From an archaeon (GTDB taxonomy: Archaea; Nanobdellota; Nanobdellia; Pacearchaeales; GW2011-AR1), in NCBI GenBank assembly GCA_018651605.1, contig JABIDS010000009.1:19966-83965 (forward strand): a DNA stretch of 64,000 nt. The letters are read 5' to 3'. Every line of letters starts with the position of its first letter. Positions within the stretch are counted from its first letter, which is position 1. Below, piece by piece: positions 49,209 through 57,332 of the stretch. Below the pieces are notes generated by a model. That model saw only the letters and a program-made list of their open reading frames with translations. It did no database searches and was not told the DNA's origin. Both the position numbers and the translations under genes were made by a program.

Positions 49209-49526
49209 TTACATAAGATTTTCTGCTAATTCTGTGATTTGATCTTGAGTCAGGGTTGCAGTTATATTTCCTATTGTTGAGTTAGGGGAATAATCTTTAC
49301 CTTTTTCTAAGCTATAGAAATCTAAATCTTTAGAAATTTCGAAAAGTAAGTTTTCCATTTCTTGAGAAGTGTTGTTTTGTCTTTTATCAGATATTTTGTC
49401 GTATCTGTTTTGTGTTTTTAATGTTATTAATTTTGGAGGATCTTGGGGCCATATAGATATCCTAAATGGGCCTGGTTCTTTTTGATGAAATTTATCTGTA
49501 AGCTCTCGAGATATTTTCTTAACCAT
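49209..49526 (-). CDS. Hypothetical protein resembling inhibitor I9 / subtilisin propeptide, possibly C-truncated
   Basis: GNITATLTQDQITELAE; paralogous to 49676-49996. Confidence 0.55.
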   Translation of the reverse strand: MVKKISRELTDKFHQKEPGPFRISIWPQDPPKLITLKTQNRYDKISDKRQNNTSQEMENLLFEISKDLDFYSLEKGKDYSPNSTIGNITATLTQDQITELAENLM

Positions 49527-49594
49527 AATTATTATGAGAATAAGGTATTATAAGGTTTATTGAGGTGAGATATATTGTTTGTTGAAGAGGTTTT

Positions 49595-49616
49595 GTAGCT
49601 GACTTCATCAGGCTAC
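49595..49616 (+). repeat. Degenerate family hairpin
   Basis: gtagc-tgacttcatca-ggctac resembles the gacttcgtca core. Confidence 0.45.
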
Positions 49617-49675
49617 TTCATAAAATTCTGATAATACTAATTTTCTGATATTCTAGAAATAGTTAAAAATTAATT

Positions 49676-49996
49676 TCATTGTATTGCATCTAATTTAAAA
49701 TCCTCTATAACCTCATAAGATTTTTCTCTTAATTCTTCTGCTTGTTGGAGAGTTAAGGTAGCAGTAATCATTCCTAGATTTTTTAAAACACTATATTGTT
49801 GTTTGCTTACTCCTAATTCTTCTAAATCTTTAATAACAGGTTCTAAGGATTTTCCTATTCTATCCGATATCGAAACTCTTTCTTCAGGACTTTTTCTAAA
49901 ATAACCTTTGGGAGAATCAGTATTACCTTGGAGAGGTTCATGTTTCATCCAAATGGCATAATTCCTCTTTACATTTTGATCTAATGATTCTGGCAT
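49676..49996 (-). CDS. Hypothetical protein resembling inhibitor I9 / subtilisin propeptide
   Basis: YAIWMK…GMITATLTLQQAEELRE…VIED. Confidence 0.6.
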   Translation of the reverse strand: MPESLDQNVKRNYAIWMKHEPLQGNTDSPKGYFRKSPEERVSISDRIGKSLEPVIKDLEELGVSKQQYSVLKNLGMITATLTLQQAEELREKSYEVIEDFKLDAIQ

Positions 49997-50027
49997 CTAA
50001 ATATTAGTTTTGAATATTATATAAAGA

Positions 50028-52385
50028 TTATTCTTCTACAAATTCTACTTTGAAATTTCCTTTTTTAATTTCTTTTGCGTTTGTAACGTCTTGTATGTCT
50101 TGTAAGAGGTCTTTGATTTTTTCGTATTGTTTTTCAGGCATTGTTAGAATAATTTCTGATTTCATTGATTTTTGTTTTTTTGTTTTAGCTTGTCTAACTT
50201 TACTTAAAACATCTATGAATGCATCTAGTGTTGTGTCATATTTTTCATTTTCTAAGTTTTCTGATTCTGGCCATTCGCTAATGTGGATTGAATCTTGTTT
50301 TTCTGTTTTTTTGAAATAAGTTTGATAGATTTCTTCTGTTATGAAAGGCATGATTGGTGCGATTAATTTTAAGATTGTTAAAAGTGATTTGTATAAGGTG
50401 TATTGGGCTGAGATTTTTTTAGGGCCTGTTTGGTTGTAAATTCTTTTTTTTACAATTTCCATGTAATTATCTGCAAACATGTTCCAAAAGAATTTTTCTG
50501 TTTCTGCTTTTGCTTTTGAGTATTCGTAGGTTTCAAATCTATAGGTTGCGCTTTTTACTAAGATATCTAATTTTTGTAAAAAGAGTTTATCTATTTTTTC
50601 TAGTTGTTTTGGTTTTTGGTTTTTGTAATCTTCTAAATTCATGAATACGAATTTTGAAGCGTTTGATAGTTTGTTTAGGAATTTTTTTCCTGTGATTAAA
50701 TCTTTTTCTTGATAGTCTAAGTCGTTACCTAGTTTTGAACCTGCTGCCCAAAATCTTAAGGCGTCTGCTCCGTAATCTTCTAAGAGTTTTTTTGGTTGGA
50801 TTCCTGTTCCTTTACTTTTGCTCATTTTTTCTCCACTTAGTGTAACATATCCTGAAATCATTATATCTTCCCAAGGAATTTCTTTTTCATGCATAAATGA
50901 TTTAGCAATTGTGTAAAACGCCCATGTCCGGATTATGTCGTGTGCTTGGGGCCTTAATGAAAATGGAATTTTTATTTTGAGATTTTTGTCTTTTGATAAA
51001 CTTATTGCTGATGCTATTTGAGGAGTCATTGATGAAGTTGCCCAAGTGTCTAAGACTTTTTCTTCCCCTTTAGCTTCTTTATTACATTTTGGACATTGTT
51101 TTTTTGTTTGTAATGGATCTACTGGAAGTTCCTCATTGTTTGGTAAAATTATTTCATTGCATTCTTTGCATTCCCATACAGGTATTGGAACTCCGAAATG
51201 TCTTTCTCTTGAAATTGACCAATCCCATTCTAAGCCATTGACCCAATTTTCATATCTCTTAAACATGTATTTTGGATACCAGTTTACTTTCTTACCTTGT
51301 TTGATTAGTTTAGATTTTTTGTCTAAAAGTTTGATGAACCATTGTTCTGTTGTTATGAATTCTATGGGGGTTCCACATTTGTCGTGGGTATTTATTGCAT
51401 GAGTTATTTGTTTTTGTTCTTCTATTAGATTGTTTTCTTTTAAATCTTCTAGGATTTTTTTTCTTGCTTGTTTGACTCTTAGTCCCTTATATTCTGTTTG
51501 TTTTAATGTTCCATCTGGATTTAAAATTAATTTTGGTTCTAGTTTATGTCTATTTATAGATTTCACATCGTATTTATCTCCATAAGAGCAAATCATTAAG
51601 ACTCCTGTTCCTTTATCTATCTCTGCTGATTCATCTTCTAAAATTGGAACTTCAAAATTGAAAAGAGGGACTGTTGCTTTTTTGTTAATTAAATTTTTGT
51701 ATCTTTTGTCTTTGGGATTTACGAAAACTGCAACGCATGCTGGAAGTAATTCTGGCCTTGTTGTTGCAATTAATAAATCTTTATTATCTGCTTTGAATCT
51801 TAATGTGGTGAATAAACTTTCTTCTTCTTTGTCTTCTAGTTCTGCCTGTGCTATTGTTGTTTGACATTCTGGGCACCAAAGTGTTGGGAATTCTTTTTTG
51901 TATATTTCCTTTTTTTTGTATAAATCTATAAAAGATTGTTGTGAAACTCTTTGTGAATTTTTGTCTATTGTTGAATAGTAGATATTGTAATCGCAACTTA
52001 TTCCTAAATCTTTGTAATCTTGGATAAAGTCAGGAGTCATTTTTTTGAGAGTTTTTAGGCAGAGGTTTATGAAATCTGCTCTTGACATGCTCTTGCTTCT
52101 TATCTTGTTTTCTTTTTCGACATATCTTTCTGTTGGGAGTCCGTTATCATCTGTTCCAAAAGGATAGAAAACATTATTTTTCATTCTTTGGAATCTTGCA
52201 ATGAAATCTTGTTGTGAATAAGAGAATGCGTGTCCTATATGCATTTTTCCAGAAAGGTATGGTGGAGGTGTGTCTATGCTGAATGTTTGTTTTTTAGATT
52301 TTGAGTTGAATTTATAGGTTTTGTTTTTTTCCCAGAACTTTCTGATTTTGTCTTCTGTTTCTTGTGCATTGTATTGTTTTCCCAT
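50028..52385 (-). CDS. valS: Valyl-tRNA synthetase (archaeal type)
   Basis: IDTPPP…HIGH, TTRPE, DWSISR, DTWATS, KMSKS. Confidence 0.96.
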   Translation of the reverse strand: MGKQYNAQETEDKIRKFWEKNKTYKFNSKSKKQTFSIDTPPPYLSGKMHIGHAFSYSQQDFIARFQRMKNNVFYPFGTDDNGLPTERYVEKENKIRSKSMSRADFINLCLKTLKKMTPDFIQDYKDLGISCDYNIYYSTIDKNSQRVSQQSFIDLYKKKEIYKKEFPTLWCPECQTTIAQAELEDKEEESLFTTLRFKADNKDLLIATTRPELLPACVAVFVNPKDKRYKNLINKKATVPLFNFEVPILEDESAEIDKGTGVLMICSYGDKYDVKSINRHKLEPKLILNPDGTLKQTEYKGLRVKQARKKILEDLKENNLIEEQKQITHAINTHDKCGTPIEFITTEQWFIKLLDKKSKLIKQGKKVNWYPKYMFKRYENWVNGLEWDWSISRERHFGVPIPVWECKECNEIILPNNEELPVDPLQTKKQCPKCNKEAKGEEKVLDTWATSSMTPQIASAISLSKDKNLKIKIPFSLRPQAHDIIRTWAFYTIAKSFMHEKEIPWEDIMISGYVTLSGEKMSKSKGTGIQPKKLLEDYGADALRFWAAGSKLGNDLDYQEKDLITGKKFLNKLSNASKFVFMNLEDYKNQKPKQLEKIDKLFLQKLDILVKSATYRFETYEYSKAKAETEKFFWNMFADNYMEIVKKRIYNQTGPKKISAQYTLYKSLLTILKLIAPIMPFITEEIYQTYFKKTEKQDSIHISEWPESENLENEKYDTTLDAFIDVLSKVRQAKTKKQKSMKSEIILTMPEKQYEKIKDLLQDIQDVTNAKEIKKGNFKVEFVEE

Positions 52386-52521
52386 ATCTTTTTGAGGTTA
52401 TTTGAGGTTTTAAAAGTTATGTTTAAGGGAAAGTCTTAAAAAGTGATTATTTCTATTTATATTAAGATGGCACATCAAGAATTAAAAATTCTTGTGGTAC
52501 CATTTTTACAAACGAATAAAA

Positions 52522-52686
52522 ATGGCAGAACAAGGAATGCAGATGCCTGGCGCTTTTGGCGGGTTGATGCGATACAATGAAGAATATAAAAGTAAATTTA
52601 TGCTTAAACCTTCGCATATAGTTGGGTTTATAATTTTTATTTTGGTTTTTGTTGCAGTGCTGAAAATATTTTTTCCGATAGCTTAA
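52522..52686 (+). CDS. secG: Preprotein translocase subunit Sec61beta
   Basis: PGAFGGLMRYNEE…LKP followed by a TM. Confidence 0.88.
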   Translation: MAEQGMQMPGAFGGLMRYNEEYKSKFMLKPSHIVGFIIFILVFVAVLKIFFPIA

Positions 52687-52687
52687 A

Positions 52688-53092
52688 ATGATACCTGGAA
52701 TAAATCCTAAAAAAATGCAAGCAATGATGAAGCAGATGGGAATGTCGCAGGATGAAATTGATGCTGTTCGTGTTGTTATTGAGTGTGAGGATAGGAAGAT
52801 AATTATTGATGAGCCGAGTGTTGTTAAGATTAATATGCAGGGGCAGGAGAATTTTCAGATTTCAGGAGATGTTAGTGAAGTTTCTAATGGAGAGGGAGAT
52901 ATTTCTGGGGCTGTTGCACCTGAAGGCGTACCCTCTGAGGGCAGGGCTGTTGAAGAAGAGGAAGAAGAAGATAAAAGTGAGGAAGATGTTGCAGTTATTG
53001 TTGAGAGAACTGGAGTGAGTGAGGAAGAGGCTAAGAAGGCTCTTGAAGAGGCTGAGGGTGATTTAACTGAGGCTTTAATGGCTTTGGGTTAA
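52688..53092 (+). CDS. nac: Nascent polypeptide-associated complex protein
   Basis: NPKKMQAMMKQMG, FQISG, UBA-like tail. Confidence 0.93.
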   Translation: MIPGINPKKMQAMMKQMGMSQDEIDAVRVVIECEDRKIIIDEPSVVKINMQGQENFQISGDVSEVSNGEGDISGAVAPEGVPSEGRAVEEEEEEDKSEEDVAVIVERTGVSEEEAKKALEEAEGDLTEALMALG

Positions 53093-53131
53093 AACCTAAA
53101 TTTTTATTAAATCTGATTACTTAGTTATTTT

Positions 53132-53569
53132 ATGGTTGAATCTAGGGAATATCTGGACCTTGCTATCAGAAGTTTGCAGATTGCAGACCATCTGACTTAT
53201 GTGACATATCCGTTGATTAAGGATAATAAATTGTTGTTAAAGGTTCTTCTTGAGATGAATAAATGTATTGTTAATTATATTAGTTTTGTTATTGAAGGAG
53301 GGGATTGGAATGAGAAGTTTAGGGGTTTTTTGAAGAATAATGATGTGGATGGTTTTTTGAATAATGAAGAGATTAAGAAAGTGAAGGAGATTTTGGATTT
53401 GGGTAAGGGGTATGGAAGGAGTGCTATTGAGTTTTCTAGGGGTGATAAGGTTGTTATGATGTCTGATGATTTGAATGTGCAGGTTTTGGATGTTGAGAGG
53501 ATTAAGGATTATTTGAGAGTTGTTAAGAAGTTGATTCAGGAAAAAATGGAACTTTCTTATAAAAAGTAG
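53132..53569 (+). CDS. Conserved-looking hypothetical protein, paralog of the next gene
   Basis: ADHLTYVTY…EFSRG. Confidence 0.8.
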   Translation: MVESREYLDLAIRSLQIADHLTYVTYPLIKDNKLLLKVLLEMNKCIVNYISFVIEGGDWNEKFRGFLKNNDVDGFLNNEEIKKVKEILDLGKGYGRSAIEFSRGDKVVMMSDDLNVQVLDVERIKDYLRVVKKLIQEKMELSYKK

Positions 53570-53702
53570 GAAGAAGTAAGAGGATTTGGAATTCTTATTA
53601 TTTGTTAATTTTCAACAAAACCTTTATATAGAAGTGACACCTCTATAATTTTACCTCTTTTGTAATCTTTTAGGATTTAAAATAGAGAGGGAACTATCAA
53701 AT

Positions 53703-54167
53703 ATGTCGGAAGCTTTGGAAAAAATAATTAAGGAAAAGATTAGTGCGGACCACTTACTCTATGTTAGTATGAAATATACTAAAACATGTGATGTTATGAT
53801 TAATTTGATTCAGAGATGGAAGATTATGATGGATTATTCTTTTGATGGATTGCTTGAGAAAGCTAAGAAAAATAAGACTATTAAGAAGATTCCGACTGCT
53901 CCTAAGTTAAAGGTTGATTTGATAAAGGAGATTTTTGCTGATGAGCCTGATGTTATGGATGCTGTTGATGAGTATTTGATGTTTAAGTTGATAAAAATTC
54001 TTAAAAACACTAAGGAAGGAGAGTTTAGGAAGGGTGTTTGTTTGAGAGTTACATTTAAAGGAAAAGAAGTGGCTGTAAACTTGGATAAGTTGAAGGAATA
54101 TTCTGAAATTCTAGAAAGGTTTATAAATTACACGAAGCTTTTTCTTTCAACACCTAAGAAAAAATAA
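53703..54167 (+). CDS. Conserved-looking hypothetical protein, paralog of the previous gene
   Basis: ADHLLYVSM…EFRKG. Confidence 0.8.
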   Translation: MSEALEKIIKEKISADHLLYVSMKYTKTCDVMINLIQRWKIMMDYSFDGLLEKAKKNKTIKKIPTAPKLKVDLIKEIFADEPDVMDAVDEYLMFKLIKILKNTKEGEFRKGVCLRVTFKGKEVAVNLDKLKEYSEILERFINYTKLFLSTPKKK

Positions 54168-54176
54168 TTTTAGGTT

Positions 54177-54316
54177 TTTTAACATGGCAAAAAATTTAAG
54201 AAAAAACAAATTTTTTGAAATCTTAAAATTTCAAAAAGAAAAATTTTAACATGGAAAAAATTAAAATTTTTAGTATATTAAAATTCCAAGAGGAAGAATT
54301 TTAACATGGCAAAAAC
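54177..54316 (+). repeat. Triplicated ttttaacATGG(c)aaaaa start region creating two upstream mini-ORFs
   Basis: ATGs at 54184, 54251 and 54306. Confidence 0.75.
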
Positions 54317-55082
54317 ATATGCAATTATATCTGGAAAAGGAGGAGTCGGAAAGACGACGACAACTGTGAACTTAGGTCATGCTTTGAATGAGCTTGGTGA
54401 AGATGTTGTTATTGTGGATGCTAATTTGACTACTCCTAATGTTGGGATTCATCTTGGGGCGCCGATTGTTCCTATAAATTTGAATCATGTTTTGGATGGA
54501 CAGGCAAAATTAGAGGATGCGATTTATGAGCATGAGTCTGGGACTAAAATAATTCCTGCGTCGCTTTCTTTGAATGAAACTGAAAAAATTGATTATCAAA
54601 GATTAATAGATATTTCTAAGGGATTAAAGAAGATTACTAATCATGTTTTGATTGATTCTGCTGCAGGTCTTGGTGAGGAAGCTAAGGCTTCTATTTATGC
54701 TTGTGATGAAATTATTCTTGTTACTAATCCTGAGATGTCTGCTGTTACTGATGCTTTGAAGACGATTAAATTAGCAGAGGAGATTGATAAGCCTGTTCTG
54801 GGAGTTATAATCACGAGGTATAGAGGTAATAGAGTTGATATGTCTATTCCTAATATTAAAGAGATGTTAGAGGTTCCTATTTTGGGGATTATTCCTGAAA
54901 CTGATGATGTTAAGGAGTCTCATGTTATGAAGAATGCTGTGATTCATACGCATCCTAGAAGTGAAGCTGCTCGAACTTATGTTAATAGTGCTAGAAAGAT
55001 TTTGGGTGAGGATATTAGGGTTGAGACTCCTTTGAAGTTGGGTGTTTTTGGAAAGATGATGAGAGGAATGGGGTTGAGATGA
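54306..55082 (+). CDS. minD: MinD-family ATPase
   Basis: SGKGGVGKTT, IVDAN, IDSAAG, VTNPE…TDA. Confidence 0.92.
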   Translation: MAKTYAIISGKGGVGKTTTTVNLGHALNELGEDVVIVDANLTTPNVGIHLGAPIVPINLNHVLDGQAKLEDAIYEHESGTKIIPASLSLNETEKIDYQRLIDISKGLKKITNHVLIDSAAGLGEEAKASIYACDEIILVTNPEMSAVTDALKTIKLAEEIDKPVLGVIITRYRGNRVDMSIPNIKEMLEVPILGIIPETDDVKESHVMKNAVIHTHPRSEAARTYVNSARKILGEDIRVETPLKLGVFGKMMRGMGLR

Positions 55083-55108
55083 GGGGATGGGGGTTGGGTT
55101 GAGATAAA

Positions 55109-55363
55109 ATGTTGAGAAAGTATAGGGCACAAATAGATAAGATTGATTCTAAAATTGTTAAATTATTGAGTCAGCGTGTGAAAGTTAGTTTAGAGGTTGG
55201 TAAATTGAAGAAGGATAAAGGTGTTAAGGTTGTTGATATGGCTCGTGAGAGAGAGGTTTTTGATAAAGTTGTTAAAGAAGGGATTAAGATGGGGTTGGGG
55301 GAAAATTATATAAAGAAAGTTTTTAAGATGATAATAAGAGATTCTCGGAGGAATCAGAAATAA
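55109..55363 (+). CDS. aroQ: Chorismate mutase (AroQ type)
   Basis: RAQIDKIDSKIVKLLSQR…K…D..RE…SR..Q. Confidence 0.85.
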   Translation: MLRKYRAQIDKIDSKIVKLLSQRVKVSLEVGKLKKDKGVKVVDMAREREVFDKVVKEGIKMGLGENYIKKVFKMIIRDSRRNQK

Positions 55364-55695
55364 TGGATAATGTAAAATTTGAAGATTGGATGAAGCTTGA
55401 TTTGAGGGTAGCGGAGATTTTGGAGGCTGATGAAGTTGAGGGTGCTGATAAGTTGGTTAAATTAAAAGTTGATATGGGGACTGAAAGTCGTGTTTTGATG
55501 GCTGGTTTGAAGAAACATTATAGTAAAGATGATTTGATTGGAAAGAGAGTTATTGTTTTTGCTAATTTGGAGCCGAGGGTGATTAGAGGTGTTGAGTCGA
55601 AAGGAATGGTTTTGGCTGCTGTTAATGATGATGGTAGTGAGGTTAAGTTGTTGAGTCCTAGTGGGGCGGTGGATTTGGGAAGTAGAGTTAGTTAG
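55363..55695 (+). CDS. Stand-alone tRNA-binding OB-fold protein (Trbp111 / MetRS C-terminal domain)
   Basis: LDLRVAEI…ADKL…NLEPR..RGVESKGMVLAA. Confidence 0.9.
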   Translation: MDNVKFEDWMKLDLRVAEILEADEVEGADKLVKLKVDMGTESRVLMAGLKKHYSKDDLIGKRVIVFANLEPRVIRGVESKGMVLAAVNDDGSEVKLLSPSGAVDLGSRVS

Positions 55696-55732
55696 AAAGA
55701 TTTAATAATGCTTTTTGTTTGTATTTGTTAAG

Positions 55733-56332
55733 ATGAATATTAAAAAAGGTGAGTGGTTATTGATTTTATTTAATTTTATTTATGTAATTAGTTTTTTGAT
55801 TTATTATATTAAGATTGAGAATTATGAGTTTCTCTCCTATATTTTTATTATGTTGGTTTTGTTTTCTGTTATTGCTTTGACATTAAAAAAGACTGGTTTT
55901 AATTATTTTGTTTTGTGGGGTCTGTCTATTTGGGGTTTGTTGCATATGGCAGGAGGAAGTTTAAAAGTAGGTAATGAGGTTTTGTATGCATTTAGAATTA
56001 TTCCTATTTGGGTTACTGAGAATTTTTATGTTTTAAGATTTGATCAGTTTGTGCATTTTTATTTGTATTTTGTGATGGTTTTTGTAATTTGGGGATTGTT
56101 GAAGAAAGAGTTGAAAGTTGAAGGGTGGAATAAGTTTGTTGTTTATGCTTTGATTTGTTTAGGTAGTATTGGTATTGGTGGTTTGAATGAAGTTATAGAA
56201 TTTATTATGGTTTTGGTTTTGGCTGAGACAGGTGTTGGAGGATATTATAATACTGCGTGGGATATTGTGTTTAATACTTTGGGGGCTTTATTGGGTGTTT
56301 TGGTTTTGATGTTTGTGAATAGGAAGCGATGA
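55733..56332 (+). CDS. Multi-TM protein, DUF2238-like
   Basis: LLHMAGG, FDQFVHF, NEVIEF, NTAWD. Confidence 0.75.
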   Translation: MNIKKGEWLLILFNFIYVISFLIYYIKIENYEFLSYIFIMLVLFSVIALTLKKTGFNYFVLWGLSIWGLLHMAGGSLKVGNEVLYAFRIIPIWVTENFYVLRFDQFVHFYLYFVMVFVIWGLLKKELKVEGWNKFVVYALICLGSIGIGGLNEVIEFIMVLVLAETGVGGYYNTAWDIVFNTLGALLGVLVLMFVNRKR

Positions 56333-56340
56333 TTTTCTGT

Positions 56341-56630
56341 ATTTCCCTCCCCACGAAAATCCGTTCCTTGCGTCACTTTCCCATTTTCTTCCTTTTGTTT
56401 TGGTAAGTTGTTAGAAGGTTTATTTTTTCAGAGGAGTTTTTCTTTTTGGTTTCGTTTGAGTGCTAAGTTGGTTTTGTGTAGATTTTAAAAGTTGGGAGAT
56501 TTTAAGAAAATTGGGTTAACGAAGTTTCCTAATTTGACATAAAATAAGTTATGAGCGGAGCGAATGAAACTATGGGAGAAGGATAAGTGAGTGAAGCGAA
56601 TGAATCTAAGCGAGCGGAGCGAGCGTTGAA
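56341..56630 (+). repeat. Composite dispersed element (subtype A plus inverted C-type arm), colinear with 7995-8370
   Basis: cactttccc…ttggtaagttgttagaaggtttattttttcagaggagttttt; gacataaaataagttatgagcggagcgaatgaa…gaatgaatctaagcgagcggagcgagcg. Confidence 0.75.
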
Positions 56631-56697
56631 CTATTAATTTTTATTGATTCCCCCTCATCCCCCCAATCTAAATCGGGGTTTGTTAATATTATCATTA
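56630..56697 (-). pseudogene. Orphan diverged copy of the dGTPase 3' end
   Basis: Encodes LTNPDLDWGDEGESIKI versus ITNPDLDWADERESKEI at the end of 57333-58373. Confidence 0.75.
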
Positions 56698-56749
56698 CTA
56701 AGTAGTAACTTATAGATAAATTTATAAAGCCTATAATTGTCATAATTTT

Positions 56750-57298
56750 ATGACAAAGAATTATTTTGATAGGTCTCAAGAAGTAAGAAGAGAGATAGAA
56801 TCTTCTCCAAGGATAATGGAAATTTTGAAAAATCATCTTACAGGTATAAAAAAATCTAAATTTATTAGTGGGGGTATGCATCATAGGATTTATCGTATAG
56901 GATGTTTAGAGAGTGGTTTAGGAATAGCAATGAGACATAATCTTTCTGCAGGAAGTAGAGGGATAATTACTAAAGGTATTTTAAGTGGATATGAATCTTA
57001 TGCGATAGATGCAGAAAATTATGAGTTTGAAGGTAAAAGAGTCTCACAATTTTGTGTTGGTGTTGCAAATATTAAAAATGAAATAAGAAATCCTAGTGGA
57101 TTTCAGGGATATATTGGAAATGCAGGCTTATTAGTAGAAGATTTTACAAATGGTGGAACAAGAGAATTAGAAATTAGTACTGCTGATGAATTATGGGCAA
57201 GTAATCCTAGGGAATTAATTCATGTAGACTTAGGTAGTGATTTTGCAGACTTGGATGATTTTCAATATATGGCAGATTCTAATATGATTTTATTATAA
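56750..57298 (+). CDS. Hypothetical protein, possibly a minimal kinase-like fold
   Basis: ISGGMHHRIYR, IAMR, LLVED and HVDLG occur in kinase-like order. Confidence 0.55.
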   Translation: MTKNYFDRSQEVRREIESSPRIMEILKNHLTGIKKSKFISGGMHHRIYRIGCLESGLGIAMRHNLSAGSRGIITKGILSGYESYAIDAENYEFEGKRVSQFCVGVANIKNEIRNPSGFQGYIGNAGLLVEDFTNGGTRELEISTADELWASNPRELIHVDLGSDFADLDDFQYMADSNMILL

Positions 57299-57332
57299 TT
57301 GTGAATGAAAGATATTTAATAATTCATTTAAC

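Noticed and set aside
54177..54316. Mini CRISPR array (also considered for 63134-63300)
   Set aside because: Repeats are short copies of a gene start or tRNA end, the spacers are homologous to each other and unequal in length, and there are no cas genes
56606..56884. 92-aa minus-strand ORF
   Set aside because: Mostly antisense to 56750; only its tail is meaningful, as the dGTPase remnant
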